Assembly (NCBI GenBank): GCA_951406725.2
Contig: OX597815.1
Span: 171,368,001-171,432,000 of the forward strand
DNA: 64,000 nt
Direction of reading: 5' to 3'
DNA from: Octopus vulgaris
Taxonomy: Eukaryota
Below are positions 1-13,011 of this stretch, one piece after another (positions within the stretch are counted from its first letter, which is position 1; each line of letters opens with the position of its first letter). A program made the position numbers and the translations under genes. The notes under the pieces are model-generated. The model ran no database searches. It saw only the letters and a program-made list of their open reading frames with translations, and was not told the origin of the DNA.

Positions 1-340
1 GCTATCCGCAAACACACGCACGTAAGTACGAACGCGCGCACACACACAATTATACACACACATTTGTTCGCATTGCCTAATATACGTATGCATATGCACA
101 TTTGCAGTGAAATAGATGCAAAATTGCATAGATGTATGCATAGATGCTAGCACACAAATGTATACATTGGAACGCACATAAGTAAATGCATACGTACGAT
201 CCCGCACCCACGTTTATATATATATATATATATATATATAAATGTGTGTGTGCGTGTGTGTGTGTCTGTGTGTGTGTGTCTGTGTCTGTGTATCTGTGTG
301 TCTGAGTGGGTGTGCGGATGTGTGTGTGTAAGAGAGAGAG

Positions 341-376
<36 letters not shown>

Positions 377-616
377 AAAGATGGAGAGAGTGTGGCCTAA
401 TGGTCAGGGTATTGTACTCACGATCGCAAGATCGTGTTTTCAATTCCTAGCTCGGCTGGTGCCTTGTGCTCTTGCACGAAATGCGTCATCTCATTGCTCT
501 GCAATCACTTTGGAACCTGGCACGTGGTATACAGTATATATGTTTAAACAACGTCGATGTAATGGAGAGAATGAGCTATGTGTGTATGTGTGAGAGTGTG
601 TGTGTGTATGTGTGTG

Positions 617-696
<80 letters not shown>

Positions 697-1965
697 GGAA
701 CACACGAGTTGATGTGTATAAGGAAAATAAGACAAGAAAGAAAATGCTAAAATAATTTTATCATGAAGAACATTTTAGTACCGGTTTCAGGCATTGCAAC
801 TTTATCAACTTAGAGTAAAGTATGAAAAACAATTAAATTGTGGAAAAATTAAATGAAATGGTTTTTAAAAAAGTATTTCCATAGTTTTCAAATGCAAGGG
901 ACATTTTCCTTTTTTCTATCTGTCTCTGTCTCTCTTTTTTTACTCTTGTTGGGTTCTAGGTAGTCTGATATGATTTCTTATTTTCGATTATTTAAGCAGC
1001 AGTAGTAGTAGAGAAAGGAGGGGGGAGGAGGAGGAGGAGGAGAGGAGAAGAAGAAGAAGAAGAAGGAGAAGAAGAAGAAGAAGAAGAAGAAGAAGAAGAA
1101 GAAGAAAATGCAGGAGTGGTATCACAGTAGCAGGATATTGGTGGAATCCTCTTAAATGGTCATATCTTTTAGGTCATGACTTTTAGGTCATTTGCCCATT
1201 TAAGAGGATTCCACCAACATCCTGCTACAGTCATACCACTCCTGCATTTTCTTCTTCTTCTTCTTCTTCTTCTTCTTCTTCTTCTTCTTCTTCTTCTTCT
1301 TCTTCTTCTTCTTCTTCTTCTTCTTCTTCTTCTTCTTCTTCTTCTACGCCGCCTCCTTTCTCTACTATCCGGATTTCAAGATCAGGTTTATACCAATAAT
1401 TTTAGCGCACTAGGATATGTAACACACTACCTACGTACCAATTTTTGAGAAATTAGACTTCTCAACACAAGAAAAGCTGATTTGAAGACTAAATCCAAGT
1501 CATCACCGAAATTGTAAAAGTTTGTAAAACTTTCCAGAAGTTTTCTATTTAAGTATATATGCGCATGTCTAAGCATGCAACTACATGCATGAGAATACAT
1601 ACATGAATCAAATCATACAAATTTGCACATGCACTAGCTCCAAATATTGCACACATACATGCGATAAAAACATGTTGTTGTTGATGAAATTCGAATGAAG
1701 TTTGCCTTGGATCAGGCTTAGAAATGTGCTCTTTCTCTATTAACAATAAAACTTGAAATGAAATTAAATAACGACATACAAACACACAGATGTGTAATGC
1801 ATAGTTACAGTTTGTGGATGCTTGGATAGATGTTTTAAACGTTTGTGATCGGTGGTGGAATCAAAATCTAAAGCTTAAAATATGGTTCAATTTAAAAGCA
1901 GAACAAAATGATATAAAAGAAACTAGAGAGCCAAATTTTCAAATCAATAAGAACAGCAACTGCAG

Positions 1966-2340
1966 TGGAGGCGCAATGGCCCAATGGTTAGGGCAGCAGA
2001 CTCGCGGTCGGAAGATCACGGTTTCGATTCCCAGACCGGGCATTGTGTGTGTTTATTAAGCGAAAACACCTAAAGTTCCACGAGGCTCCGGCAGGGGGTG
2101 GGGGTGGCGACCCCTGTTGTACTCTTTCGCTCCAACTTTCTCTCACCCTTTCTTCCTGTTTCTTGTCCCCGACTTCCTACGCAACCGCTGAGCCTGGATG
2201 CACATTCATCCATCCGTCGATTGCTCTCGGTGTCGGGGGTTGACCTGCTTTCTCTTCTGCGGGTCTTACGAATAGCAAAGGACCACGATTCGGACTTCTC
2301 TCCATCTTGCGAGCTCTGGGACGAAAACCGTTCGCTCAGC
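1966..2340 (+). mobile_element. tRNA-derived SINE, different family
   Basis: GGAGGCGCAATGGCCCAATGGTTAGGGCAGCAGACTC...GGTTTCGATTCC (box A/B), unique body, (CAA/CAT)n-like tail. Confidence 0.75.
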
Positions 2341-2880
2341 GTCAACATCATCATCAACAGCAACTGCAACATTTTAAACTACGCTACGCTTTTGAGTGAA
2401 TCTATTGTTGTTTAGATACCAATAAACAAATCAGACCCTTAGAAATCAGTTTGACGCTATTTTATTTAAAATTTTCGATGAAACAAATTGTTTTATATCG
2501 ATATTTTGCATAGCTAACAGCAAGTGCGTAAACCTAATTTCATGTATAAAGGGATCATAACCATGAGCGCATCCAAGGACTAGCTTCCGTCCCATGTAGC
2601 ACTTTCCAATCTGCAGGCGGCAAATTCAAAAGTTTCCCTGGGTGGTACGCACTCTAACTACATAACTGATTGTAATCTTAATATAGGTTTCGATTCCTGC
2701 TTGAAACCACTTCTCTTTGCTTGTATCACATTCCTTACGTCACCAACAACGTTAGAAAAGACAAGACTGTAAAACCATATATCATAGCTTTCTATCTGTT
2801 CACACTGAAAAATCTTGATTTATCCAAGATGTCATTATTTGTTTGTTTAATTTTTCTTTCAAACAAAGCGGCAAGTGATT

Positions 2881-2926
2881 TTATTTCCATGCTATCTTGG
2901 AATTTGGAATTACTCCAAAACTATAT
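2881..2926 (-). CDS. Possible terminal coding exon of the same gene
   Basis: atctataag|A TAT AGT...AAA TAA accepts the phase-2 end of the ShKT exon (GYSFGVIPNSKIAWK*); AATAAA on the minus strand near 2461-2466. Alternatives: read-through to the stop at 4080, or further exons left of the window. Confidence 0.3.
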
Positions 2927-3316
2927 CTTATAGATATAATGAGAGTTACATTTGTTCGGTTCCAAAGCATATTCACCAGAAATCAGGTAGTAATATAAGA
3001 AGCAACGGATAACCTTTCCCATTATTTCTTACACAGAAAAATAATAAACTAAAGAAATTAGTCATATATGTATGCGTTTGCATATATTGTAGATATTTGG
3101 CAAACATCTACTGGCACAGATTCGATTCTTTTCCAATTTACGTCAATAGGCGCAGGTGCTGATATAAGCTAAGACATAGGTGTGGATAAAGGTAAGAAGT
3201 TTATTTCCTTACCACATGGTTCTCAGTTCATGAAAGCTCGTCATGTGTGTGCGTGTGTGTGTGTATGTATGTGTGCATATATATATATGTGTGTGTGTGT
3301 ATGGGTCTGTGTACAT

Positions 3317-3364
<48 letters not shown>

Positions 3365-4122
3365 GTGTGTGTGTGTGTGTGTGTTTGTTTCCCATAGCCG
3401 CTTTATTGCTGCTGTTGGTTTGCTTTCGTCCCTATAACCTAGCAAAAGAGATCAATAGAATAGGTACCAGGCTTTAAAAAAAATAAGTACTAGGGCCGCA
3501 ATCCAATGACTGAAACAAGTAAAAGATTAAAAGTAACAAATAAAATAACCTAGAAACGGATAGGATCTACAAAGATGGCTTATCCTTAGATCACAAGGCC
3601 AATATCTTTAATGGTAATCCAGTGATCCAAAACGGATTTAAAGATATATTGTAATACACACTCATGCGCACCTGTATCTGTGTGTGTGTCTGTGTGTGTA
3701 CGTGCGTGTGTGTGTGTATGTGTGTGTGGATTAACTCTACTGCTTCTTTACATCCTCCTGCCAAAGACTTGTCATATTTATCCTTATACTTCAACTGTGG
3801 TGAAGTTTCTATGTGAGAGAATGTCTGTGTGTGTGTGTACGTGTGTGATGTAGAGATGTATGTGAGTGTGCAGGTTTAAGCGTGCGTTATGTATTAATCG
3901 TCCATCGACTATGTAACTTCTATCCTCCTTACCATCCCCCTACCATTGCTTGTCAATTTCAATGTTCTTCTGTCGACCAACCAACCGACCAATATTTATA
4001 TCAGCTATTATTAAAGTGAAATATATTGGTAGAGAAATATATTGATTAAGAAACGAAATGTTCTTTGTGTTTCAGCTTATTAGCTAAAAGTTACAGTGAA
4101 ATAGTTCTTTATGTATACATAC

Positions 4123-4249
4123 CCCTTTAGTAAATGACACAAATTACAACTTTTAGAGCAATATTGTAATGCGAAGTCCTGTTTCGTTTTACAGAAATGC
4201 TGAGAATTTTTTATAAATTCAGAACATTCTTCACTTAGGTCTTGACACT
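4123..4249 (-). CDS. Same gene, second ShKT exon (6 Cys)
   Basis: atttcag|AG...AAG GG|gtatgt; ECQDLSEECSEFIKNSQHFCKTKQDFALQYCSKSCNLC (C.D...C...C...C.KSC..C). Confidence 0.9.
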
Positions 4250-6164
4250 CTGAAATATATGTAAATATATAAAACATATATAAAATATGCAAAATTCCAT
4301 GTGACATGTTTAACTAGATTAATTACCAGCATGAATATCAACATTCTCCTTGAATTTTATAAAGCAGATATATGAATGCTCTATGCATTTTATATAATTA
4401 CAAACAAACAAGGTGTATATTGACAAACAATTAAGGGCATTTGTTTATAGAATTTGCTGAATTTGCGATCGACATTTAATGGTCAAAATGTATTAATTCA
4501 GCATGATGAATCGGAATAGGACCTAATTAGGTGATTTATTTCTCGTAAATTCTTTGCGTAGATTTCGTAACCTTGTGCCTACTTTATGAGAAAATGTAAC
4601 TGCTAATGCAATATCTTATCTAACTCAGTAAACTGCAAGTGGGACGTGTTTTCAAACATAAAGTGATAAAATGTATTTAGGGTACAATTCACTGGGGGGG
4701 GGGATGATTCATTCAGGGAAAGAATGCATGTGCACATGAAATTTTTCAGGGCTTCTGTGAGCGGTGGTGGTGTACAGAGGAAGCAATCCTAGGGCCAGAC
4801 AGGTGCCCATATGCTTGCAACAGAGTTACTTATTTACTTAATTTCTTACTTAAGCCCTTCGCATTCTATGGAGCATAGACCTTCGACGACTTTTTTCCTC
4901 TCTTCTCGATTCTGGGCTATCGTTTCTGCACCCCTCCACTCGGATCCCTGCTTTTTCAGATCTGCTTTAGTATCCCACACCGATTATTTGAGGACATCCT
5001 TTCTTAACTCTCCCTTGTGAATTCCAGGTTAGAGCCTGGCGCATTGTATGCTTCCCTGAAAGAGGGCCTTTCTCTCCCAGATCTTTCTGGTTTTGGATAG
5101 TCAGCGGTGCTTCTGTAACTTTCTAGGTGGTGGTGAAGGCCCTATGCAAACCCATTTTTACCTCTCGATATTTTGACGCATTGCTTTCTACTGAAAACAA
5201 CCCGTGAATTATTAGTTTATTTAGTTGTTCCCCTTCACCAAAACTTTATAGACACTCCCGTTAAAATTATATGTCTAAGGAAGTACTTCTATGTAAAAAT
5301 CTAACACATTTCATTTTCATTATAAAAATTTGTCGCCTCTGCACGAAAAAAAAAAAAAATAACAGAACTTTTACGTTGCAAGCTGAAACCTACTCAGATT
5401 TATAATTGTCGGTATAGGATTCAGTTGCTCAGCCGAATAGAATTTTACGAAGAGGTGGAAAGAAATAAGACTGTAGCAAATCTGTATACACAGTGTTGAG
5501 GTGTCACAGTAACAACTGCAGCAACGAGACAATTTGTAAGTCAAAGGGAGGTAATTCCTTGGTGACAGTTTTTATGACAGTGATCGGTAGAAGCACTTTT
5601 AATATATCCTTTTATTTAGCTGCAGTTCCAAATTAATGAAGGACAGTTTAATTACAAAGCATTTACGTAATTAAACAGGTGTTCCTTTAAAAGGTAATGA
5701 GAACATGAAATAACAGGTCTTTGTTTCTATAACGTAATATAATTCTGCTTCACCTAGTGTAGTTCAATGTTGATGTTTTAGTGCTATAATTTACTAAATT
5801 TCATTATTTAAAAACTTTGACTACGACAGTAAGCCGGCGTAACAGACGATAGTGTTAAGCAGTTAAATGGTACACTGAGGTCAGATTTCTCTAACAATTT
5901 TTGGTAATCTCCTGCGTTCTTATACAGACTCAGTTCTGTTGGTTTTATCTTGCCACTGGACTGAATAATTTATGACAATGAGAATGAGTTTGATGCACTC
6001 AAAGCTTTTTCTCCACTTAAAAAAAAAGGTATTCTAGTCTAGCATCTGTGTCTAACGAGTAAGATTGCAAGGCACCTAACTGACAGACCCTCTGCCCTCA
6101 ACTGTGGACCATATACTCTTATGTCTGTGGCTGGAGTAATCTACACATCTGCAGCAATAAAATA

Positions 6165-6399
6165 TCTATTTCTTTATTGCCCACAAGGGGCTAATCATAG
6201 AGGGGACAAACAAGGACAGACAAAGGGATTAATCCGATTACATCGACCCCAGTGCGAAACTGGTACTTTATTTATCGACCCCGAAAGGATGAAAGGCAAA
6301 GTCGACTTCGGCGGAATTTGAACTCAGAACGTAACGGCAGACGAAATACTGCTAAGCATTTCGCTCGGCGCGCTAACGTTTCTGACAGCTCGCCGCCTT
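6165..6399 (-). mobile_element. tRNA-derived SINE (same family as 57705)
   Basis: Reverse complement of the 57705 element; about 20-bp TSD atctgca(g/a)caat(a/g)aaatatc. Confidence 0.9.
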
Positions 6400-7039
6400 A
6401 TCTGCAACAATGAAATATCGTCACTGCAATAGATTCAGGCGCATAGAAAGCGTAGTATAGATAGGAGCATGATAACGTTAAACGGTTTCTTTGTTCTCCT
6501 CGTTCTTTCTTTCTCATTCATCTTCTCTTCTTTTTTTTTTTTGGACGGTTACTGACTCATCGCCAAATTATTACGTATGTATGTGTGTATGTAAGCATGT
6601 TTGTATGCGTGTTTGCATGCATGTTTGTATGCATGTACGCATGCATTTGTGTATATATTTATGTATGCGATTGTATATGCATGTATGTATGTATGTATGC
6701 ATGTATGTATGTATGTATGTATGTATGTATGTTTGTATGTATGTATGTGTGCATATATGTATGTATATATGTGTGCATATATGTATGTATGTATTATGTA
6801 TGTATATATGAATGTATGTATGTATGTATGTATGTATGTATGTATGTATGTATGTATGTATGTACGTATGTATGTACGTACGTCCGTATGTATGTATGCA
6901 TGTATGTATATATTTATGCATGCATGTATGAATATAAGTATGTATGCATGCATGTATGAATGAACGTATGTATGCATGCATGTATGAATGTATGAATGTA
7001 TACATACATGTATGAATGTATGTATGTATATGTACATTA

Positions 7040-7934
7040 CGATGGGATACCCAAAGGAAACCGGAATTTTACAATATTATTTTATTCACTTAGTTTTACA
7101 TGTTTACACTTTTATCACCGTCAAAGTATTTTCCATTTAAAGCAATGATTCGGTCCAGACGCGTTTTCCACTGTGGCAAAGTGGTTCTGGAATCCTTGCA
7201 AAGTGATGCCTTTGAACGCTTCCGTCGTTTTCTTTTTTTAATTTTTTTCTTCACCTTTTCCACATCTGCAAATTCCGTAGCTCCGCCTTTCGTCACCAAT
7301 GATGACCTTCGAAAAAAGGTCCGGATCAACATCCTACTGTTCTTTCAGTTCACGACACGCATTCAGTCGTGACTACTTTTGATCTTTCATGAGCAAGTGA
7401 GGCACAAATTTTGCTGCAACTCTTTTCATTCGCAATTCCTCGTTCAAAATTCGTTGGCAGGAGCTCCAGGACACCCCAGTCATATCAATAAGTTCGTCAA
7501 TTGTTCGGTGATGATCCTCCAAGATCAGTTCATGAATTTTCATGATGCTTCAATTTGTTTGGGAGGTCGACGGTCGTCTTGAATGAGATTGGTCTTCAAA
7601 CGACAGTTGATCATTCCAAAAGCCTGAAAACCACTCGTAAACTTTTTTTGCTCAGCGTCCTTATAAGCTGTTTGAAGCATGACAGCTGTTTCAGCCGCCG
7701 TTTTGCCCAGCAGAAAACAGAATGTCATAGAAGCACGCTCTTCATTAGTTTCAGCCATCGCAAAAATCGACGAACAGACGAAAACACTACAAAACAAAGA
7801 CGCACCAGGTGGCAGTACGACTTGCCACGACGACGCTGGTTGGCATACTGATGCCTGAGGGTTGCATCAAGTGGCTTCTAACAGCGGGCTTGTCCCACAG
7901 AGAACGTTTCTGGTTACTTTTGGGTACCCCCTCG
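7040..7934 (-). mobile_element. Internally deleted mariner (Tc1/mariner) DNA transposon
   Basis: TA flanks; imperfect TIRs cgatgggatacccaaaggaaaccggaa / tttctggttacttttgggtaccccctcg; transposase remnants FCFLLGKTAAET...AY and WKTRLDRIIALNGKYFDGD. Confidence 0.85.
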
Positions 7935-8066
7935 TATGTGTTATGTATGCATGCATGAATGTATATTTTATGTATGTATACATGTATATATGTATGTATT
8001 ATATGTATGTATATACGTACGTACGTATGTGTATTGATATATTTAAGTAATATCGTGTTTACTCAC

Positions 8067-8150
8067 CAATTTGGTATACCGCCGGCCGCTTACAAAAGAA
8101 TGCATTCATGTGCAACCAGTCACACGGTACATTCTTCCATTTTTTATCAT
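8067..8150 (-). CDS. Same gene, last C-type lectin exon
   Basis: cactttag|AT...ATT G|gtgagt, 84 nt; DKKWKNVPCDWLHMNAFFCKRPAVYQI (W.+..C......F.C+). Confidence 0.88.
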
Positions 8151-8843
8151 CTAAAGTGGAAAACACTACACAATTTGCTTGTGATTTATTTAAGTTTGGT
8201 TGCCCTGATAAAAAGAAATTCAATTGATTATCCCACAATTTACTAAAGGCCTATAACAACAATAACAACAATTGTTTCTAATTTAATCACAAAACCAGTA
8301 ATGTTTTATGGTAAGGGCTAATCGTTTACATCGATTGCAATATTTGATCGGTCCTTATTTTATGGAACTCCTACAGATAATCTCACCAGGGTTTGAACTC
8401 AGAATGTCAAGAGTGAGAGCAACTGCCACAAAGCATTTCGTTGGACGCTCAATCGATTTTGCCAATCCGCCACACTTAATTGTTTCTAGTATAGGTACAA
8501 GACCTGAAATTTGCAGAAATGTGCTAATTGAAGTAAATCTACTCCAGTACTTGATGCATACTTTATTTTAGTGAGCCAGTAAGGATGAAAAACAATAGCT
8601 GACCGAAGTGAGATTTGAACTCATAATGCAAGGTATTTTCTCTGACGCTGTACTAATTCTAATAATCTTTACTCCAATATTTGTTATTAAGGTTCTTTCT
8701 TCCTCACATACAAGAAAAACTTTATACACATGGATAACAGAATGAGTGATCAAGTAAAACAATGTTGTGTTAAAAGGAAAGGGTTAAAGACATTATACAA
8801 TGTACGTATGTGTGAGTATGAAATATATATATACATATGTACG

Positions 8844-8889
<46 letters not shown>

Positions 8890-9199
8890 TGGAGACTTCG
8901 GCACTCGGGCTTTGCAAGCTGGTTTAATTTCTGCCAACAATGACTTCAAGTATGTAATTTCAGCCAATAACTCGGGCTTCTTTTATTGAGCTTAGCTGCA
9001 ATTCATTTATTTTCATTCAGCCTCTGGCGGTCGTCTTAGAGGTGCCATGTGTCAAAAAATATTGTAATAATTCAGGCGACCAAAAAGAGAAAACGACATA
9101 ATATCTTGTATTCTTGTTTTGAGTGTTCACAGGATCTATCATACTTATCATTTGTTGGTTGTTGTCATCTTAACAGTATTGCCACGAAATATGTGTCAC

Positions 9200-9235
9200 C
9201 ATTCATTATGACTCCAGTAGTTTTTCTTGGGTAAG
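9200..9235 (-). CDS. Same gene, candidate C-type lectin exon 3 (short; 3' boundary uncertain)
   Basis: Good acceptor tatttcag|CT; AYPRKTTGVIMN fits between WKK and DDKKW; donor G|gtgaca is weak; 36 nt keeps phase 1-1. Confidence 0.45.
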
Positions 9236-10893
9236 CTGAAATAAATCACCTGTCATGATATATTATGATAGTGGTAGTCCAGCACGATTTCATGCTTTCA
9301 ACTAGATCGGTAAAAAACTGAATTTTAAACTTTACATACTATAAAATGTTAAGTATATCAAAAACCCAACAAGAAATTTCGTATAAAACTGCTATCCATT
9401 TTATATTACTAATAAACTTAGTTAACAGCGTAAGTAATGGTACATCTCAAATACAACCAGTAGGAAGCTGCGTTTTATTACAAAGCTTAGAATGAAATGT
9501 ATTTTTTTTTAAGTGAATAGCAGTGTAACAAACCCACAAAATGAAATATCATCTGATTCGACCCACCGTGCAGTGAACGAATATCCTACAAAGAATATCC
9601 ATAGATTTATGCGATAACTTTAATCCATTTAATAAATATTAAGTTGAATTCTGTTGAGTTGGTCGAGAAATATCTATAACATTGGTTCTAAATTTTGGTA
9701 AAGGGCCAACAATTTGGGGGACGTTTGCAAGTCGATTACATCAACCCCGGTGCTTAACTGCTACCTATTTTATCGATCCCGAAAGGAAGAAAGGGAAAGT
9801 TGACCACGGTGGATAATAGTTTCTGTATTTGAACACAGAACGTAAAGATGAACGAAATGCCGCCAACCATTTTACCCGACATGCTAATGATTCTACCAGC
9901 ACGGCGCCTTAAAAATATCAGTAATATTATAAAAGTAAATGGCGTTCGATGTAAATGGCGTTCGATGTAGAATAAAATTGCTTGGTGTGTTCTTCTTCAG
10001 ACCATCGCTATCTGAGTTTAAATCTTCCCCCTCTTCAGAGATCAACTTTGCTAACTCTTTCCTCCATGGTCGTTGAAACAAAGAACATTTCAAGTGTTCT
10101 GGAATCGATTTATACAACTATAACCAGCACCAAAATGTGTGATCTTGTACCTATATAAACACCATTATAGAAAGTAAATGTGTAGCGGGAGGAAAACCCA
10201 GGTACCTGAACGTCCAGTATAATATGAAGAAATACTTTCCGCTGAGTTTCAAATGCTTATGTTAGGCAATCACCTAGAGATATAGTTATATGCTAAGTAA
10301 TAAGCAATAAATCTTAAATAAATTACATTGTGAACATGGGCAGTTTCTCAAGCCGTTTCTTATATATCCACATTCAGATATGTGAGAAATAGGAATAACA
10401 CATCTTATCAGGATAAGTGTAGGAGCTAAAGGATTAACATGTTAAAAGCTTAGATATTTAAAAGCTGATCTTCAAGCACTCCTTGTTTTATGGAAATGGT
10501 GTAAGAAATGATAAATTTGTACAAGGTCTGCTCGATCAGAAGTGATCTTGGAAATAAGAACACCCACGTACACAGGCTGTTAAAAGAGGCTTCTACATAG
10601 TTACACAATATATCAGACATAGTTACCATATCTTCCCCGAAATTATATTGTCACCCTTTTAAATAGAATACCTTTGATTATGTAGTCCGGTGTATACTAT
10701 GAAAGAAAACAAGGCAGGAGTCTCAAAAATGAATTAGTTTAATATGTCTCTCCCATAAGGATCGAAGCCATAAACAACAGCGCAATACTTGAACACCAAT
10801 TTCACCAACACAAGTAGTTTACATAAATTCCTTCGATACAAAATATAAATGGCGTATAAAAGAAAATCTGCATAAAGATTGTACATTACGTAC

Positions 10894-10991
10894 CTTTTTT
10901 CCAATTCGTCCAAGATTGAGGATGATGATCATTAGTAACCCAGGATTTACCTGATAACGTTAAACCTATCCATACGCTACTTTCAGCATAT
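10894..10991 (-). CDS. Same gene, C-type lectin domain exon 2
   Basis: aatacag|A...AAA G|gtacgt, phase 2-1; YAESSVWIGLTLSGKSWVTNDHHPQSWTNWKK (WIGL...W...WTNW). Confidence 0.9.
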
Positions 10992-11078
10992 CTGTATTTG
11001 AATAAATTTAATAGTTACATTATGAAAGTCAGAAAATGCATAAATATCATCCATGTGTGCCTTTAGTAGAAAGGATTA

Positions 11079-11079
11079 A

Positions 11080-11142
<63 letters not shown>

Positions 11143-11176
11143 CATTAACATTATTATCATCATCATCATCATCATC

Positions 11177-11253
<77 letters not shown>

Positions 11254-11270
11254 CATCATTATTATTATTC
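11079..11270. repeat. Representative microsatellite (ATT)n/(CAT)n; the window is saturated with (TA)n, (TG)n, (TATG)n, (GATA)n/(GACA)n, (TTA)n and (CTT)n tracts
   Basis: Directly visible; these tracts produce most of the low-complexity ORFs in the track. Confidence 0.95.
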
Positions 11271-11279
11271 AGTAGTCTT

Positions 11280-12470
11280 TTATCTCGTTCTTTCACTGCA
11301 CTACCGAGTGCAGCTCTGTGTGCTTTGTGTATGTGCTGTGGGTTTGTTGTAATGCTCTCAATCTTACTGTATTGAAGGTGTTTTACGTAGGTTGTGAGTG
11401 ATGCCTAATTAGTGCTATCTTTTATATGCTATATATACTTGTTAGCTCTGGTGATTTTGTAATGTATTTGTCTGAATATATTTTTTATCATACCTTATGC
11501 GCCTACTATGATAGGAATTGTTTCTATTTTTAGATTCCACATTCAAGATACCTCTATTCCCAGATCTTTGTATTTTGAAAGTCTCTCCGTTTCTGTTAGA
11601 GAAACATTGTCATCTGTTGGTATTGATACATCAATTAGGAAGCATCTTTTTCTTGATGATCTTTGATGACTATATCCGACCTATTGGCCTTCATTTCTCT
11701 ATCTGTATGCATTGGCATATCCCAGAGTATGGTTGCTTTCTCATTTTCCATGACTTTTCTGGTGTGTACCTATACCATCTTTTTTCTGTTGTTATTCCAT
11801 AGTGTTGGGACAGCTTCTAGTATATATAGATCCCAATTCTGTCGTGTCTGAATACATTCCTTCTTAGCTAGGACTGGGTAGCCAGAGACAATATGATTTA
11901 TTGTTTCTTGTCCATCTCCACATATTCTGTAGTTAATTGTTGCATTTCTTTTCATTACATGTTTTCGGTAATTTCTGATGAGGAGGCTATGGTCTTATGC
12001 AGCAATTAAAAATCTTTCAGTCTCTGCTTTGAGTCCTGAGCTTCTCAGCCATGGTTGGGATTTTGCTTTGTCTATGTCTTTTTTTGTTTAGTTTAACCCA
12101 GTATTTGCCATGAAGGGGCTTATCTTGCCATCGTTTTATCATGATCTGTTGCTGTTCAAGTTTTAGTTTAGATTTCTGTTGTTTTACAGCTTTTATTTCT
12201 TATCTTTCTTCATAGATGCAAGGTACTATGACTTTTTTGTATTTGTCAGCTTCCTTAAAAACTGAAAACATTTTTTTGTTCTTTTCGTATTGTGCAACTA
12301 TTTGCATTAGTTTTCCTTGCGTCTGGTATAGGCATTTCTGTAGTCCTAAAGTGTATATTTTGTAATAGTTTTCTAGCTGTATAAGGCTTCTACCACCTTC
12401 CATACGTTCTATATATAACCTTTCTATATCAGATTTTGGGTGGTGCATCCTAAATCCAGGCATTATTTTT
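11280..12470 (-). mobile_element. R4/Dong-like (REL-endonuclease) LINE, 3' fragment
   Basis: HHPKSDIERLYIER.EGGR.L and CGDGQETINHIVSG.PVLA; ends next to the (TAA)n/(TGA)n tract at 11080-11270. Confidence 0.8.
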
Positions 12471-12526
12471 TTTGTTTGCCTGTCTTTATTGCATGACCAA
12501 CCTCAGAAGTCACCGCACGCGACTGA

Positions 12527-12593
<67 letters not shown>

Positions 12594-12972
12594 CAAAATA
12601 AGCAACAAGGATATCCAAAGGTAGTGTAGTACAATAGATTCATGCATCTTCATTTAATTAAACAATGTAAGTATTACATCAGTTTTAAAATGTAGAGCAC
12701 TCTTCAGCCACATATGGAAAATGAACATTGTCAATTTAATTTTAAAAATTCCATATGTGGCTGAAGAGTGCTCTACATTTTAAAATTGATGTAATACGTA
12801 CATTGTTTAATTAAATAAAGTTGCATGAAATGATTGTACTACACTACCTTTGGATATCCTTGTTTCTTATTTTGATTATAATTACCCCATTTGATTTATA
12901 TGGATAATACCATACCAAAGACTGGTGCCTTTAACTTAAGTACCATATTCATCTGAATCTAAATTTTTGCTG

Positions 12973-13011
<39 letters not shown>

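Noticed and set aside
770-815. Hammerhead-like remnants here (TTGATAA...GAAACCGGTA, minus), at 52855-52885 (ATGATGA...GAAAC) and at 62200 (CTGATGAG cut by a SINE)
   Set aside because: Core or helix I too damaged to list as features; at most decayed members of the family
1966-2040. tRNA gene calls for box A/B sequences here and at 16270-16350, 57705-57795 and 58810-58880
   Set aside because: They continue into SINE bodies with tails or TSDs and do not form complete cloverleaves
2530-2655. Possible extra CCP-like exon (CVPP..., CYMG...LGCAHGY)
   Set aside because: The motifs fall in different frames with stops, and the phase does not fit the preceding exon
9064-9145. SCEHSKQEYKILCRF as the end of the C-type lectin domain
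   Set aside because: It lies behind an in-frame TGA with no usable donor; the exon at 8067-8150 supplies a better CTLD end with canonical splice sites
9538-9586. Exon-like segment tttgtag|GATATTCG...|gtgggt on minus
   Set aside because: Phase-compatible, but the peptide (GYSFTARWVESDDISF) fits no CTLD position; unsupported without RNA data
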